Shown here: positions 11,570 to 23,300 of the stretch, piece after piece
Position numbering within the stretch: the first letter of the stretch is position 1
Layout of the letters: each line of letters starts with the position of its first letter
From: Trypanosoma brucei
Lineage: Eukaryota
Length of the DNA stretch: 64,000 nucleotides
Assembly: GCA_000002445.1 (NCBI GenBank)
Contig: CP000071.1
Span: 800,001 to 864,000, forward strand
Direction of reading: 5' to 3'
Position numbers and translations under genes: made by a program
The notes under the pieces: generated by a model
What the model saw: the letters and a program-made list of their open reading frames with translations, nothing else
Database searches by the model: none
Told to the model about the DNA's origin: nothing

Positions 11570-13492
11570 TAGAGTGAGTTACCGCGCGAATGGGAACGAA
11601 GAGGGCGAACCATAAACAAAAGAGAAGAACAGCACCTCCGGGAAACCCCCAACGGGGAAGAAAAAGCAAGCAACCGGAGGACAGGAACTCAAAAAATCTT
11701 ATAAAAGGGAGGAACCGCGGGAAAGTGATCGTTCTTTTTTACACGCAAATGAACTCATGCAGTAGGGGGAGAGATGGGTTGGCGCTGCACTCACTACGAA
11801 GGAAAAGAAGTAGGAGAGCGAAAATCTAGTTGTATTTATGGGTGACGAGGTGCGACCAAGGATCTTCGATATGCGCTGCTAAACCAGTTAACCGGGTGTG
11901 CGTTTATACTCATTTACACGGGAAAGGCACAAGATGCGGTGTTGGGGGACAGCGAAGAGAGTGTCCTTCAAGATTGAACGGAATTGTTTGGACATGGTAA
12001 AAGAGATCATGGGGCGTAGAGTGAATTACTAGGGCAACGGTCGAACACAACCACGCCACCTATACTTGGTGTGGTTTACCTCTTCTCTGTTGACTCCTCA
12101 GGTCTTTGTTTTGCTGCTTGATCCCCCAGCATAGTGCCTCCAAGTGGTTAGAGGTTTGTGAACCGAGGTGTGTGCGTCACAGGTTCAGTAGCATTAACCG
12201 TTCCTCCCTTACTTTATTTCTGAGAAATTACGTTATTTCTACCACACTTTTTCTCCGCACATGGGGCAAAGTTTCCCATTCCTCCGTGTGGCACGCGCCA
12301 CTGTCTTGCCAGTTATATATTTATTTATATATCCGCCTTTTTGTCTTCATCTGCCCCGGTTGGTAGTTGTGCGCGTATCACCTTGGGCCAGGCTTGTCGC
12401 GCAGCATAGATTAATGCACTTGTTTATTGGCTAAGGAGTTTTGTGGGCCTTTTGTACGTTCTGAGGGCATTGAGTGGGCTGTCGATTTTGTTGTAAAGGG
12501 GTGGAGAAACTGATTGTGGCTACGCCAATTGGGAACCATGTCTGCTTCACTCTGCCGCACATGGGGAGGGGGAAAAAGAAGTAAAGTGGAAGAGTGAAGG
12601 AGTGAGTTGTCAAACGTACTCGTGCCGTTATTCTGTGCATACGTAACCTCTGTCTTGCAGAGCCCCACCCCAATATTTTTGCGGGTCACCTCCTTCCCTC
12701 CCCCCCCCTTTCCCTCATTTTTGGTGTTCTCTTCCCAAATTTTATTCATTCCCTTCCACGGGAGCGTCCCATTAAATGATTTCCCCAAAGTTCTTTATCT
12801 TACCGATTTTGTTTTCTCTGTTTTGCAGAGGATTTACTAGCTTTTGCTGTTTGACAGTCCGAAGCAAAGCAACAAAGAGAGTAGTAAAAAAGAACCATGC
12901 TCACGACGTGTTTCGCTCAGTTGTGGTAATATTCTTCCCCGATGCTCTCCGTTTCAGTTTATTTCACCTGTCACACACGTCCAAAAGCACACCGGCCCTC
13001 ACCGTGAGTCTCACATGCATCCGTACTCGGGTCCAGCCGTCAATTCAGGTGGAGGAGGAGGAAGGGGCTGGCAGCGTCCAGACACCTCTGAAGTAGAGGT
13101 GTGTAGGAGGGGAATGCGAGAGGAGTAAAATAATTAACCTCTATGGGATGGATACTAGACGGAAAGAACAAGCTTATGTATAAGCGGCTTACGCATGTAA
13201 TAGTCAATTTGTCTTTAATGTGGATAAAACATGCTTTCCTGGTTGTGCTGAACTCTCCGTTCATCTTGCCTTACATCTTTTTCGTGTGCTTCTCTTTCCG
13301 TTCGTGCCTGTGTAAACCTAAACTCACACTGTCGTTTAAACTATTACGAACAAAACCCGAGGGTTCGCGTGGCCTTCGCTTCCGGAGCATTGATTGTCAT
13401 CACTGCGGGGGACGCGGGTGAACACGCTACGGCACTCATTTATAGACGTAGACACATCAGGCATAGCGCAACGCACCTGACATATAAGTTAA

Positions 13493-14827
13493 ATGCGGTG
13501 TTCAGCGCGCCTTGCCGCTGTCTTTACGCCGGCGATGCCTCATTTGGATGCTTTTCTCAGACGTCACACCCGACCCGATCACCGATTGCGCCATCATCCA
13601 CTGTGGCTCAGTGAAGAAGACCTGCAGCACCTAGGAAACATTTCCATCGACAGGACGAACCATTGTGGCAGCAGTCTATGTAAAGCGGACGGGCCTCTAC
13701 CAACTGTGCTGGTGGAAGCTCCACGCACGGTTTTCCTCTACAACATGGACCAACTTCCTCCTGAATGCGAGGTCCGGTGGCAGTTTCCGCCCGTAGACGT
13801 GCCATCGTCGGTGAGCAGTATGACAGGTTACAAACTTAAATCCCGCGAACTACTGGAAAAAGCCCGCCATGAGATGGGCTACGAGTCCAACTGGTGGGGC
13901 ACAAAGGCGGCGTGGGCCAAGAAAGGAGTCATGGTGGATATGAACTTGCTACCCACGCCCGTTCCTTCATTACATGTCAGCCAATTCCTTCACATATCAT
14001 TCCTCGTGAACGGTGATCACGTATTGAAGAACTCGTACATCTCTGGGAAGACCGGATCATTAAAATCTTGGACAAGCCATGAGGGTGTACCATCGGCATA
14101 CGAGGATTTTCAGCGGCTGGTGAAAGAACATATGCAGGCCCATAGTTTTGCCTCTCCTCTATACTTCTCGGAGTCTTCACTCCGGAACGCAGGGATTTCC
14201 ATCCGGCCAGGTGTTCAACCCCTGGACTTTTCCGATGTTCAACACACGAACAGCTACATAGGGAACAGGAAACTTGCGCTTCAGGAACTCACAACTACCT
14301 ACCAACAATACTACCACTTGTCACAGCTTGTATTCCCAGCTGGCTACAGAATTCCACGGTCCGTAGTTGAGGTGGAGCGTCAGAACCCCGGTGTGCCAAT
14401 CCACGGAATGACTGGTCGATTGCTGAGTGTCCCTGAGCTACATCCCGAAGCAATCGTGAACTCCAGCGCACCTGAATTGGCACCGTTTGTGATGCGGGGC
14501 AGCAATGAGACCGGCAGTAATGAGCCCAACAATGTTTCATCAGTTGTGGACTTGGAATCCCCGTGTGCTGCGTATGGAAGGAACTTGTGGTACTTACCAC
14601 AAGACGTGCTTGAAGCGGGTGGTGTGGTTGATCCAAACGCAATGCCCGTGGAGGCTGCTGTTGGTAGTCACTCTGACAAGAGGCGGCGCAAACTTTACAA
14701 TGTCGAACAATTGGTGATTCCACTTGAGGGTTACAAAGCAGTTGGTTGCATTGCTACCATGAACCGTTTCGTTCAGTCAGACAAGCCGCCATGTGCTGGA
14801 ACCTTAGCGGGTGATGAGTTGGGGTAG
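13493..14827 (+). CDS. Hypothetical protein, probably mitochondrial, paralog B of the same family
   Basis: Aligns block by block with 10553..11569: LYNMDQLPPECEV / MGYESNWWGTKAAWAKKG / SPLYFSESSL / GVQP / LYNVEQLVIPLEGY. The start may be the Met at 13535 (MPHLDAFLRRHTRP, presequence-like). Confidence 0.7.
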   Translation: MRCSARLAAVFTPAMPHLDAFLRRHTRPDHRLRHHPLWLSEEDLQHLGNISIDRTNHCGSSLCKADGPLPTVLVEAPRTVFLYNMDQLPPECEVRWQFPPVDVPSSVSSMTGYKLKSRELLEKARHEMGYESNWWGTKAAWAKKGVMVDMNLLPTPVPSLHVSQFLHISFLVNGDHVLKNSYISGKTGSLKSWTSHEGVPSAYEDFQRLVKEHMQAHSFASPLYFSESSLRNAGISIRPGVQPLDFSDVQHTNSYIGNRKLALQELTTTYQQYYHLSQLVFPAGYRIPRSVVEVERQNPGVPIHGMTGRLLSVPELHPEAIVNSSAPELAPFVMRGSNETGSNEPNNVSSVVDLESPCAAYGRNLWYLPQDVLEAGGVVDPNAMPVEAAVGSHSDKRRRKLYNVEQLVIPLEGYKAVGCIATMNRFVQSDKPPCAGTLAGDELG

Positions 14828-15526
14828 CAATTGGTGAGCCCTGGGAAAAGTGGAGACTCGCCCAGGACTCTGAGTGGAGAAAACAGCGATGAAGAGGGGG
14901 GTTTTGGGGTAAGCTAATAGTTGCCGAGCTCGGTAGAAGGATCACGGACGGTTGGCCCTCGCGGTGGAGCGAACGGCGGAACGCCTTGAGTTTGGCACCA
15001 TATGTTTGCGTTGTCTGCACGAAGGGGTGCCAAGTGATTCGTTTCACAAGTTATTATTTTCACATACAACTCTTTTACTCTCCTTTCATTTGTCGATTCT
15101 GCACCTATCCCTGCGACCTGCTACCGGCCTTGGATGGCGAACTTCTTTGTGCATTGAATCTGGATCCCACTTCCCTTTCCAATTTTATTCTCCAGTGACA
15201 ATTTTGTGCCATTCTTTTTTTCAGTCATCCCTGTTTGTTTGGAGGGGGATTCTCGATGTGGTGGCATCACTGGTGCTGGTAGAAACCCAACCTGGGAACG
15301 GAGAGCCTCTACCACACGTCGGCTCCGTGCGAACCGAGCGCCTCCCGGGTCCTAGCGGGTGTTTTTTTTTTCTAAATTCGTTTTGATGTATTGTTGTGAG
15401 AGTTTAGGGACCTGCAGGAGGGATACAAGGTGTTGTGAAACGGGTTGGGCTACAAATCGTGTGCTTATAATTCTTTTTCTCGTTTCGGTTGTTTCTGCGA
15501 GCTAGGCCAGTGAAAGAATTTGAGAA

Positions 15527-16984
15527 TTGGGCTTCCATAAGCTGGCTGTTATGACGAGCAAGCATGTGGTGGGGAATGTTTTCGCTGCTACGGCTGTTCT
15601 GCGATGTGGACGCTTCGTCAGCGGTACGCGATTAGGATGTAGCTCCGGGAAAATTATTATCCCGACACTTCCTACTTCAGGGGTGGTTGAAAGGAACCTC
15701 GGATCGTTTTCCTCCACTTCGGCTCTGGGCCGTGGAAGCAGCGAGTACTACGAAAACAAGAGGATGGACCCTGCAGTGGGACAATTTCTTGGCGGTGATG
15801 CCAGTGCTACACTTCGGCGGCAGCAGCAGCTTGAGCATTTTCGCAACGCTACGGAGGACGCCGCCGTGAGGATATGGCGGGACTCTAAGAGCCACATTCG
15901 ACGGCAGGAAAAACTTGTGCAAGATATAGGTGTAGAAGGGGCAGTTCGAGAGCTGCTCCAGCCTACACAAATTTCATTTCGTCAGGAGCTACGTCAGCGC
16001 CCATTGGACCGCGGTATCCTGGAGGAAATATATAAGGGACTGCACGGGAGGCGGATCGAAAGGCAGTTGAAAAGGGGTGTGTCATGGGAGCATTGGATTA
16101 CAAAGGGTGATGGCACCGCACCGGTGTTCACCGCCTCTAGGAAGGCACAGCAAACATTTGCGTTTGGTGGTAACATTAAGCTAGTGGCGAAGGCGACACA
16201 CCCCAAACAGTTCCCGGTTATGGCCATGGGTGGAGGGTATGAAAGCAGCAACGGTGTTTTCGCAATGGGGGAGTCGCAGCGTTTGGTGCCGGAGGTTGCG
16301 TTTGTTGGTCGCACTTCGAGTGGAAAATCGTCACTGGTGAATGCCATTGTAAATGCGATGGTTGCACCGTATGGGCACCTGCAGGGGACGACTAGCTCCG
16401 TTAACTTCTACAACATTGCAGACAAAATAGTACTTGTAGACTGCCCGGGGTACGGTTATTACAATCCAATGGAAACACCTCATCTGGACGCGGAGAATGC
16501 CGTGGCGTCAATGCGTGCGTATCTCACTTCATGCAGCCGTTGCGTTGACGAGAAGCAAGCGGTGGCGGGTACGGGCCGTATCAACATAGCAGAGCGGGCC
16601 GCTAAGGACAAGGCGGCAAAGCATGGGAACAGAAGTCGCATTCGTGCTCCGGGTGTACCTCGTCCGATTAAGCGTGTATTCGTTTGTGTGTCTGCACGCG
16701 GGATGCAACACAGTGATTTGGCGTACCTGGACCACCTAGAGACTCTCTCCCTTCCCTTCTCTGTTGTTCTCACAAAAACGGATGCCGCGCCCATTCGATT
16801 TCTTGCGCGGCTTGCGGACCACACACGCTGCCAGCTTGTTCATTACAAGAATTGCAAGGAGCTACTTCTAACGAGCTCACTTCGGCTTGCCGGAATTGAC
16901 AAAATGCAGAGTCTTATTGGAAGTATGGCACTTGGGGAAGACAAGCTGCATGGCGCGACGACTGACTTCAGCGCCATTGTTTAA
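15527..16984 (+). CDS. EngB/YihA-type GTP-binding protein, probably mitochondrial
   Basis: G1 P-loop GRTSSGKSS, G3 DCPGYG, G4 LTKTD. The N-terminus is Arg/hydroxyl-rich and presequence-like. Confidence 0.8.
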   Translation: MGFHKLAVMTSKHVVGNVFAATAVLRCGRFVSGTRLGCSSGKIIIPTLPTSGVVERNLGSFSSTSALGRGSSEYYENKRMDPAVGQFLGGDASATLRRQQQLEHFRNATEDAAVRIWRDSKSHIRRQEKLVQDIGVEGAVRELLQPTQISFRQELRQRPLDRGILEEIYKGLHGRRIERQLKRGVSWEHWITKGDGTAPVFTASRKAQQTFAFGGNIKLVAKATHPKQFPVMAMGGGYESSNGVFAMGESQRLVPEVAFVGRTSSGKSSLVNAIVNAMVAPYGHLQGTTSSVNFYNIADKIVLVDCPGYGYYNPMETPHLDAENAVASMRAYLTSCSRCVDEKQAVAGTGRINIAERAAKDKAAKHGNRSRIRAPGVPRPIKRVFVCVSARGMQHSDLAYLDHLETLSLPFSVVLTKTDAAPIRFLARLADHTRCQLVHYKNCKELLLTSSLRLAGIDKMQSLIGSMALGEDKLHGATTDFSAIV

Positions 16985-17352
16985 CGTTCTAGTCTTTTTT
17001 GTGACTGCAAACTGGTGTTTCGGTGAAGTGCCTGTCTTGTTGGTTGGGTGCGAACTGTGTTGAGATACCGTGGAGATTATGGGTTCTTGAAATTACGAAA
17101 CCAGGTTCACGCGGCCAAGTCACTTCTGTTAATTTTTTTTTCATCTATCTACATAACTAGCGGTAGAGAACGATAATTGTACACATACAAAAGTTTTTGT
17201 TCTTCACAGTTTTGGGCCGAAAAAGCGAAGTACAGGCAGACCATATAGTCAGTGTACTTCAAGTTTCCTTTCACCTCAGTGGATCGAAGTCGTATCAGTG
17301 AGGCGCTCGTTTCGCATCTCGTTTCACATATTCCCATCCTTGGCTCGTCGAT

Positions 17353-20300
17353 ATGAGCCAAAGCCGTGTTCCTATAAGGTATGGAGCCTTTATTCACCTC
17401 TCCTGCGACGAAGGGTACGTTACAGCGGGAGGGTTGGGTAATGAAGGGTTGTTCATACGGAACAAGAATGAGCTAAGCGACGATGCCGAGCCACTACCGC
17501 TTTTTGGGTTTGAAACAAGCGTTTTTCAGATCCTACCTCCAACAGTGGCTAAAGTCGCGGCAGAGGAGGGGTTGAGCAAAGGCAACCGGGCTCCAAACAG
17601 CAACCCTCTTTCGGACGGTGTCAGTAATATTTACTCGACACAACAGGTGACTTTCGGGCAATTGTTTGTGCTGGTCCATGCGGTGAGCCGCCTACACGTG
17701 GCGGCACTGCCGTCGGAACCTTCTGAGAGGGACCCTGACTGCGCCCGGCTTGTGCTCGCACCGCCTGGTGAAATTGAGCAAACCTTCTGCCAGTTTATCT
17801 TCACACCGCGTTACACAACGCACGGTGAAGGAGATGTCGTGTGCCGAGGTGATGAAGTATTGGTGCAGCTGTCCAGCATCCCTATATTCCTTCAAACTAC
17901 GGTGGTGTCACCTACACGCCCGGTAAAACACGAAACTTTTGGAAGTGCAAGCTTCCCCTACGAACCGACTGATGGATGTGGACGTGGGAACAGTTGGAGT
18001 GCTGGCACCCGTATGGCACTATCTGCTGTGTTGGGAGCACCAGAGGTTAACTTATCGGAGGCAAAAGCACTCGTTTTTGTTGTTGAGCGCTATGACATCG
18101 ATCGAGATAAAGCGGAACATCAACGTATTCTGCACCGCATCCCCCGGCCGTGCGTTTCCGCAGGTGTGCCGGTAATATTTTACCATCTCGAGCACAAGCG
18201 GGTACTGGCTACGAGTGTCGCAATGCCCCCTTGCCAAGGGGGTGGCAAGATTGGAGTGTCAGGCGTGGCGCCAAGGGGCAATGAAGGTGGTGGGGAACGC
18301 GATCATTTGCTCAAGACAAGACAGACTCACTCAGTGATGGGAAATGTTACCGTGATATGCCACGCTTCAGGGAGGTTTGCTGCGGCGGGGAGTTCGAAGT
18401 CGCAGGGAAGTGATTCCCATTCCGCAGGAGCGACAAGCCTCGACTCCGACCCATGTAGCACTAAAGGAAAGGCACCCGATGACCGTAAAAGGGTGAATGG
18501 TGTCGGTGGTGCCGCCCTCCCGCTCTTCGCAGTGGATAAGGGTGTAGCTGATGGAACGTTCAGTGAAGAGGGAGCCCTCAGCGGGTTGCAGTGCAGTTGC
18601 ACCGCTTTGTGGATATTAGAAAACGAGCAACCAACGGTAGGTGGGGCCGTGAATATGAATTCGGGAGTGTATCGCCTCCGTCAAGCCTGTTCTAACTTAT
18701 ACGTTGCTGTGGAAGGGTCAGCCGTTGATACTATACTTGAGGGGGACGGTTCTCCTGAGGGATCTGTTGTGTCGCAGAGGTCCTGTTGTAACCTCACTGG
18801 AGATATCGTAAACGAGGAGGGGGGTGATGTGGTTCGCCCCACAACGCTGTCCATGATTCCGCCACCACGTACACCGAAAGACCTTCAACGCACACTTTTC
18901 AGACTAAGCCCCATGTTTAACACAGATTGCGGGTATCTTATCGAGAATGACTGCTTGCTACTGCAGAACGTCGCCACAGACATGTATCTGTGCACAAGTG
19001 AGGGAAGTGAAACTCTTTCTCTATCATGGAAGCCATCAAATATTGATTTGATAGTCGTCCGAAGGGCCGCAACGGACGTCCAGGATAGCGTCCTATTTCT
19101 TTGGTCCCAATGTGAAACACTTAGTGGGTACCGTGATGCCTTCCAGGTACTGACAACGGAAGGAACGGCAACGCACCAGCAACAAACGGAAACGGACGGT
19201 GAACATGGACAGGGCAGGTATCCTTCGGCAGAAGGCTCAACCAGCCCCACTCTGATGGAAGGAAGAATGGCAATTGTATCGGATTATAATCACATTCCAG
19301 AAAGTTTTGTACGACCTAGCAAAACGTGCCCCAAAGGCAGTAACGTAGGTACTGGTTATGCTTCGCTTCTTCCGGTTATTTGTGCCTGCCAGCGTACACT
19401 CGCCGAGCTCATAATTTTTTGTTCAATCTCTCCTGAACGAAATGTTCTGCGAAGAGACGGCATACCTATCCCGAACCACCAGCATATGTTGGTTGAACTG
19501 TGCGTTCACCGCCTAGTTATTGATGTTATTCTCGCCCCCTTTTCAAAGTTTGGGGTGAGAGCTGACCGATCGGTGGGAAAGCATGCACAATGCTGCGGGC
19601 AGTGGGGCTGTTCTTCTTGGCTTCCACCGCTTCCACTGTCTGGCGGAGTGGTGGATGTTAACGACCTTTTACTGAAGATGCACCGAGAGATTCATATCGT
19701 CTGTCGTCTTGGTTTTCGACTCTTAAGGCAAATGGTCCGTCAAGCGCCGGAGCTCAAGGCAGGGTTTGAAAACTATATACCGTATTTTCTGGCTTTTGAC
19801 GGGTACAAGCTAGAGGTTGTCGATTCGCTGACAAGGCTCTTTTCGGAGAACCCCGCCGTGAGGAACTCATCTTTGGAACTTGTGGTTAATCACTACATCG
19901 CTGGCCTCCACCTCACGCGTTCCGGAAGATATCTGCAGTTGCTATGCTCCATGTGTTCTGTTGGGACCCACGGCGTGACGGAACGTCAGCGACTTGTGTG
20001 TCAAAAACTTCTCGTTGAAAATGCTAACGCATTGTACAGCTTTGTGCTTGATAGTGGCGGCGAGTGGGCCGTTAAAACTGACAAGGATGAACCGCCAATA
20101 CCGTGTAACATCCTTTTTTCAGGACAGCAACAAGACGGCGGAGAAGAGGAAGGAACGAAGCTGAGGGAATACGTGCAGAGCGAATTGGAGCTACTGGGTG
20201 CCCTGTGTCTGGATGGGTGCCCACCTTTATGTAGGGAAGAAGTAGCCAAAGTGTTCCCTTCACCAGTGCTCCTGATGGCTTTACGCAACTTTTCGCCGAA

Positions 20301-23300
20301 ATGGCCTGAAGTGAGCGACCGGTCGCGCGTCTGTGACGTTGTGCGGAGTCATTTAATACGTCTCGCAATGCACTGCTACATCCTTCCATATATCGATGAC
20401 CCAGCTGTGCAGCTACGCGAGGGCGCCGTCCTGCTAGGTTCCAGCAAGTTGCATCTCAAAGTCGATGAAAAAACAGCCTTCTCTGGCAAGCCGGACAGTG
20501 AACTCACCCAGGCTGTGAAAGAGGGAACACTCCACGTCATCCGTTCTAACACCCATTTTGTACGGTCTGACACAGGCCGTAGTATATTGATTCGTGCCGC
20601 ATTAGCGGCATGGCTGCGGTTCGTTAGTGCACATCAGGTTTCCGCCACGGAGACAGCCTGTCTGGTACCGTTGCTTCTAGAGCTTCTTGATAGTAGAGAC
20701 GACGAGGCTCACGACGGCAGCAGCAAAATAGCGGAATACACATGGACACGCCTTGAAGTATCCGAAGCGGGACTGCTCGTTGTTCGGGCTCGAGAGATGA
20801 TTTGTCAGATCCTTCTGCAAATTCTTGAGACCGCTACTTACCGCGCAGCAAATGAAATTAACCTACTGCTGCATGGTATTTTGGTTACTGACCACGGCGC
20901 CAGCCTCGCCCACCAGCACGATTATTGTTCGTTACTCCGCAGGGCGGACGTCTCTTCGACCGGAGACCCGTTTGTCACATCCCCAACCGAAAGAGACGCA
21001 CTGCTGTGGCACAAAGGCAAGGCCAATGACGGTAATGGAAACCGTTGCTTTGGATTGAACAGACGCAAGGGGCCCAGCGACTACCAGTCGACGGTAGCCG
21101 GTAGCGCCGTGACCACGCAGCTCAGTGGCTCCACAAAGGATGTTGCCGCCTTCTTAGATTACGTCAAAGGCATCTGCAGTTGCATCGTGCGCCCACTCCG
21201 TGTTGATCAGCTGGTACCACGGCTCGTCGATCTTGCACACCACGATGGATCACAATTGGCACCATACGCCATGGAGTTGCTCGTTCGAATCTGCACGGTG
21301 AGGCGCAGTGTGGCCCGTCTCGTGCTTCAAGTGCATCCTTTCCCCTCCTCCGAAGTGATTCAATGTTTTGACAATATGTATTTTGCTGCTGTTCAAGTGC
21401 GGTCATCATATATTCGAGGATCCGTGGAGGAGGCCATTGATGTTGCCCTCCAGGGCATCGACGGGTTAAGCACTCAAACTCAAAACGAGGTGACAGGCAC
21501 AACGAATGAGGGTAGAGTGGATGACGGAGGCACCGACGAGTACTATAATGATTTAACGGAGGATGACGAGGAGATCGAAGAAATAGGTATTTGTGAAGAA
21601 CAAGAAGTTGAGGCAAGCTCTTCGTCAGCCCCCGAAGACCAACATGAGGTCGGAGGGGAAAGCAAAGCACGGCGCCTGTGGTCAAAGGCAGCTGGTGCGG
21701 CCCGCATCGTTGTGTATCGAAACGCCATAATTGCACGCCGACGTTCTGTTGGACTAAGCGAAACGTCGCGCGTCCCGCTTCGCGTTGTTGTCCGTGCGGA
21801 GACAGTACGCCATTGGCAAGTGCACATAACTATGCTCGAAATGTACCCGTTCATCGGCCCGTCGAGCCCTGCGTTCAGCAAGTGGATGCGTTTCTTTTAT
21901 GTTTTCACGTTATCCCAAAGTAATGCCGAGTCGCTGAAGGCCTACATTGATATATTTATGGGGGCCTTCAACCTTAGCAGCAACTGCGTTGTTATGGGCC
22001 TCCATATTGTCCTCAGTATTCTCGCGACAATCAAAGATCCAACACCACACCTAACTGACGCATTTCTCCGCGAGTCCGCCCGTTACATTGATGGAGAAAT
22101 TGCTGCTCTTCACCCCGACGGAGAGTTTGCCACCAAGTTGGGTCTCCACGTCTTCACCAAGACCACGGTTGGGGGCATTCCGCGACGTCGTATGTTACAG
22201 CTGTTGCGTGACTATGATGCCTTCCGCTGCCTCCCCTCACCCGGAGTGACCGAGAAGCACGGGCGGGGTCGCTTCACAGCTTGCATCGTTGAGATGGTTT
22301 GCCGCATTTGCGGTACATCAATGGGTGCCGTGGCGCTGGGGCGGTCGGCTCTGCCAGTGACTCATCTCTTAGAAATCACGCTGAGCTATGGCACATCCTA
22401 CACCCCCCTGGTAGAGGTGCCGCGGCCCCGTGCATTGTGGGAAAGTAACTCGTTCCATCTTCTCGGTGCTTATCTGTTGGCGCTCGTGTCGCTCTACATT
22501 GCCGCGGGCGACGCAGGGGGAGACGGGGGTCGAAGACAACGGCAGATGGAATGGATGGCGAACCGTGACTGGTGGTCGGTTGTGCTTTTGCTTTCACGGC
22601 AGCTAAAAGAGCTCACACGGCTAATGCAGTCTAGAACAGAGACTGTGCTATGGCGGGGACGCCGCATTCTGCAGCGGTATCGCCGGTTGTGGCTTGTCAA
22701 TTTACCGCTGGCACTGTTAACTTTCATGACAGAATGTTTTAATGAGGCAGGTTTTTACAGGTACCGGGACGTTGTGGGAGCTACCTTCCACGAAATGTGT
22801 ATGAGTGTCGCCGGGTTTAGCGAAGTGCTCCTCGCAAGTGCTGATGCGATACGGCTGCAGGCAAGAGAGATGGTGGGTTACCGCCGCCTCGTGGCCCTTC
22901 TCCAGGTCCAGACGGGAAACCTCGTGGGTCACGAGCTTCTTTCAGGCACGATGTTGACGACGCGACGCAATCTACGACACGGCGTTATCTGCTACTATAA
23001 GAAAATAAATGAGGCCGAAGAAGAGGCCCGCGGACTACACCCGGACGCTCTCCTGTTGGCCGAGACCGGACCCCAGGCTGAAAACGACGGCATCCAGGGT
23101 GGTTTAATTGCAACAGCGGATGTACCCACGCACACACAAAACGATGCAGACGACTCGTCCCCTATGGGATTACTAATATCTGGTGCTGCGACGAAATGTC
23201 TTGATGCGGAGCGACTCCGTGGTGCACTGCGCAGTCTTGTGAACCGTGACCAACTGATCACCATGGAGGACAGCACGGACCTAGGTGAGCCGGCTGGGAT

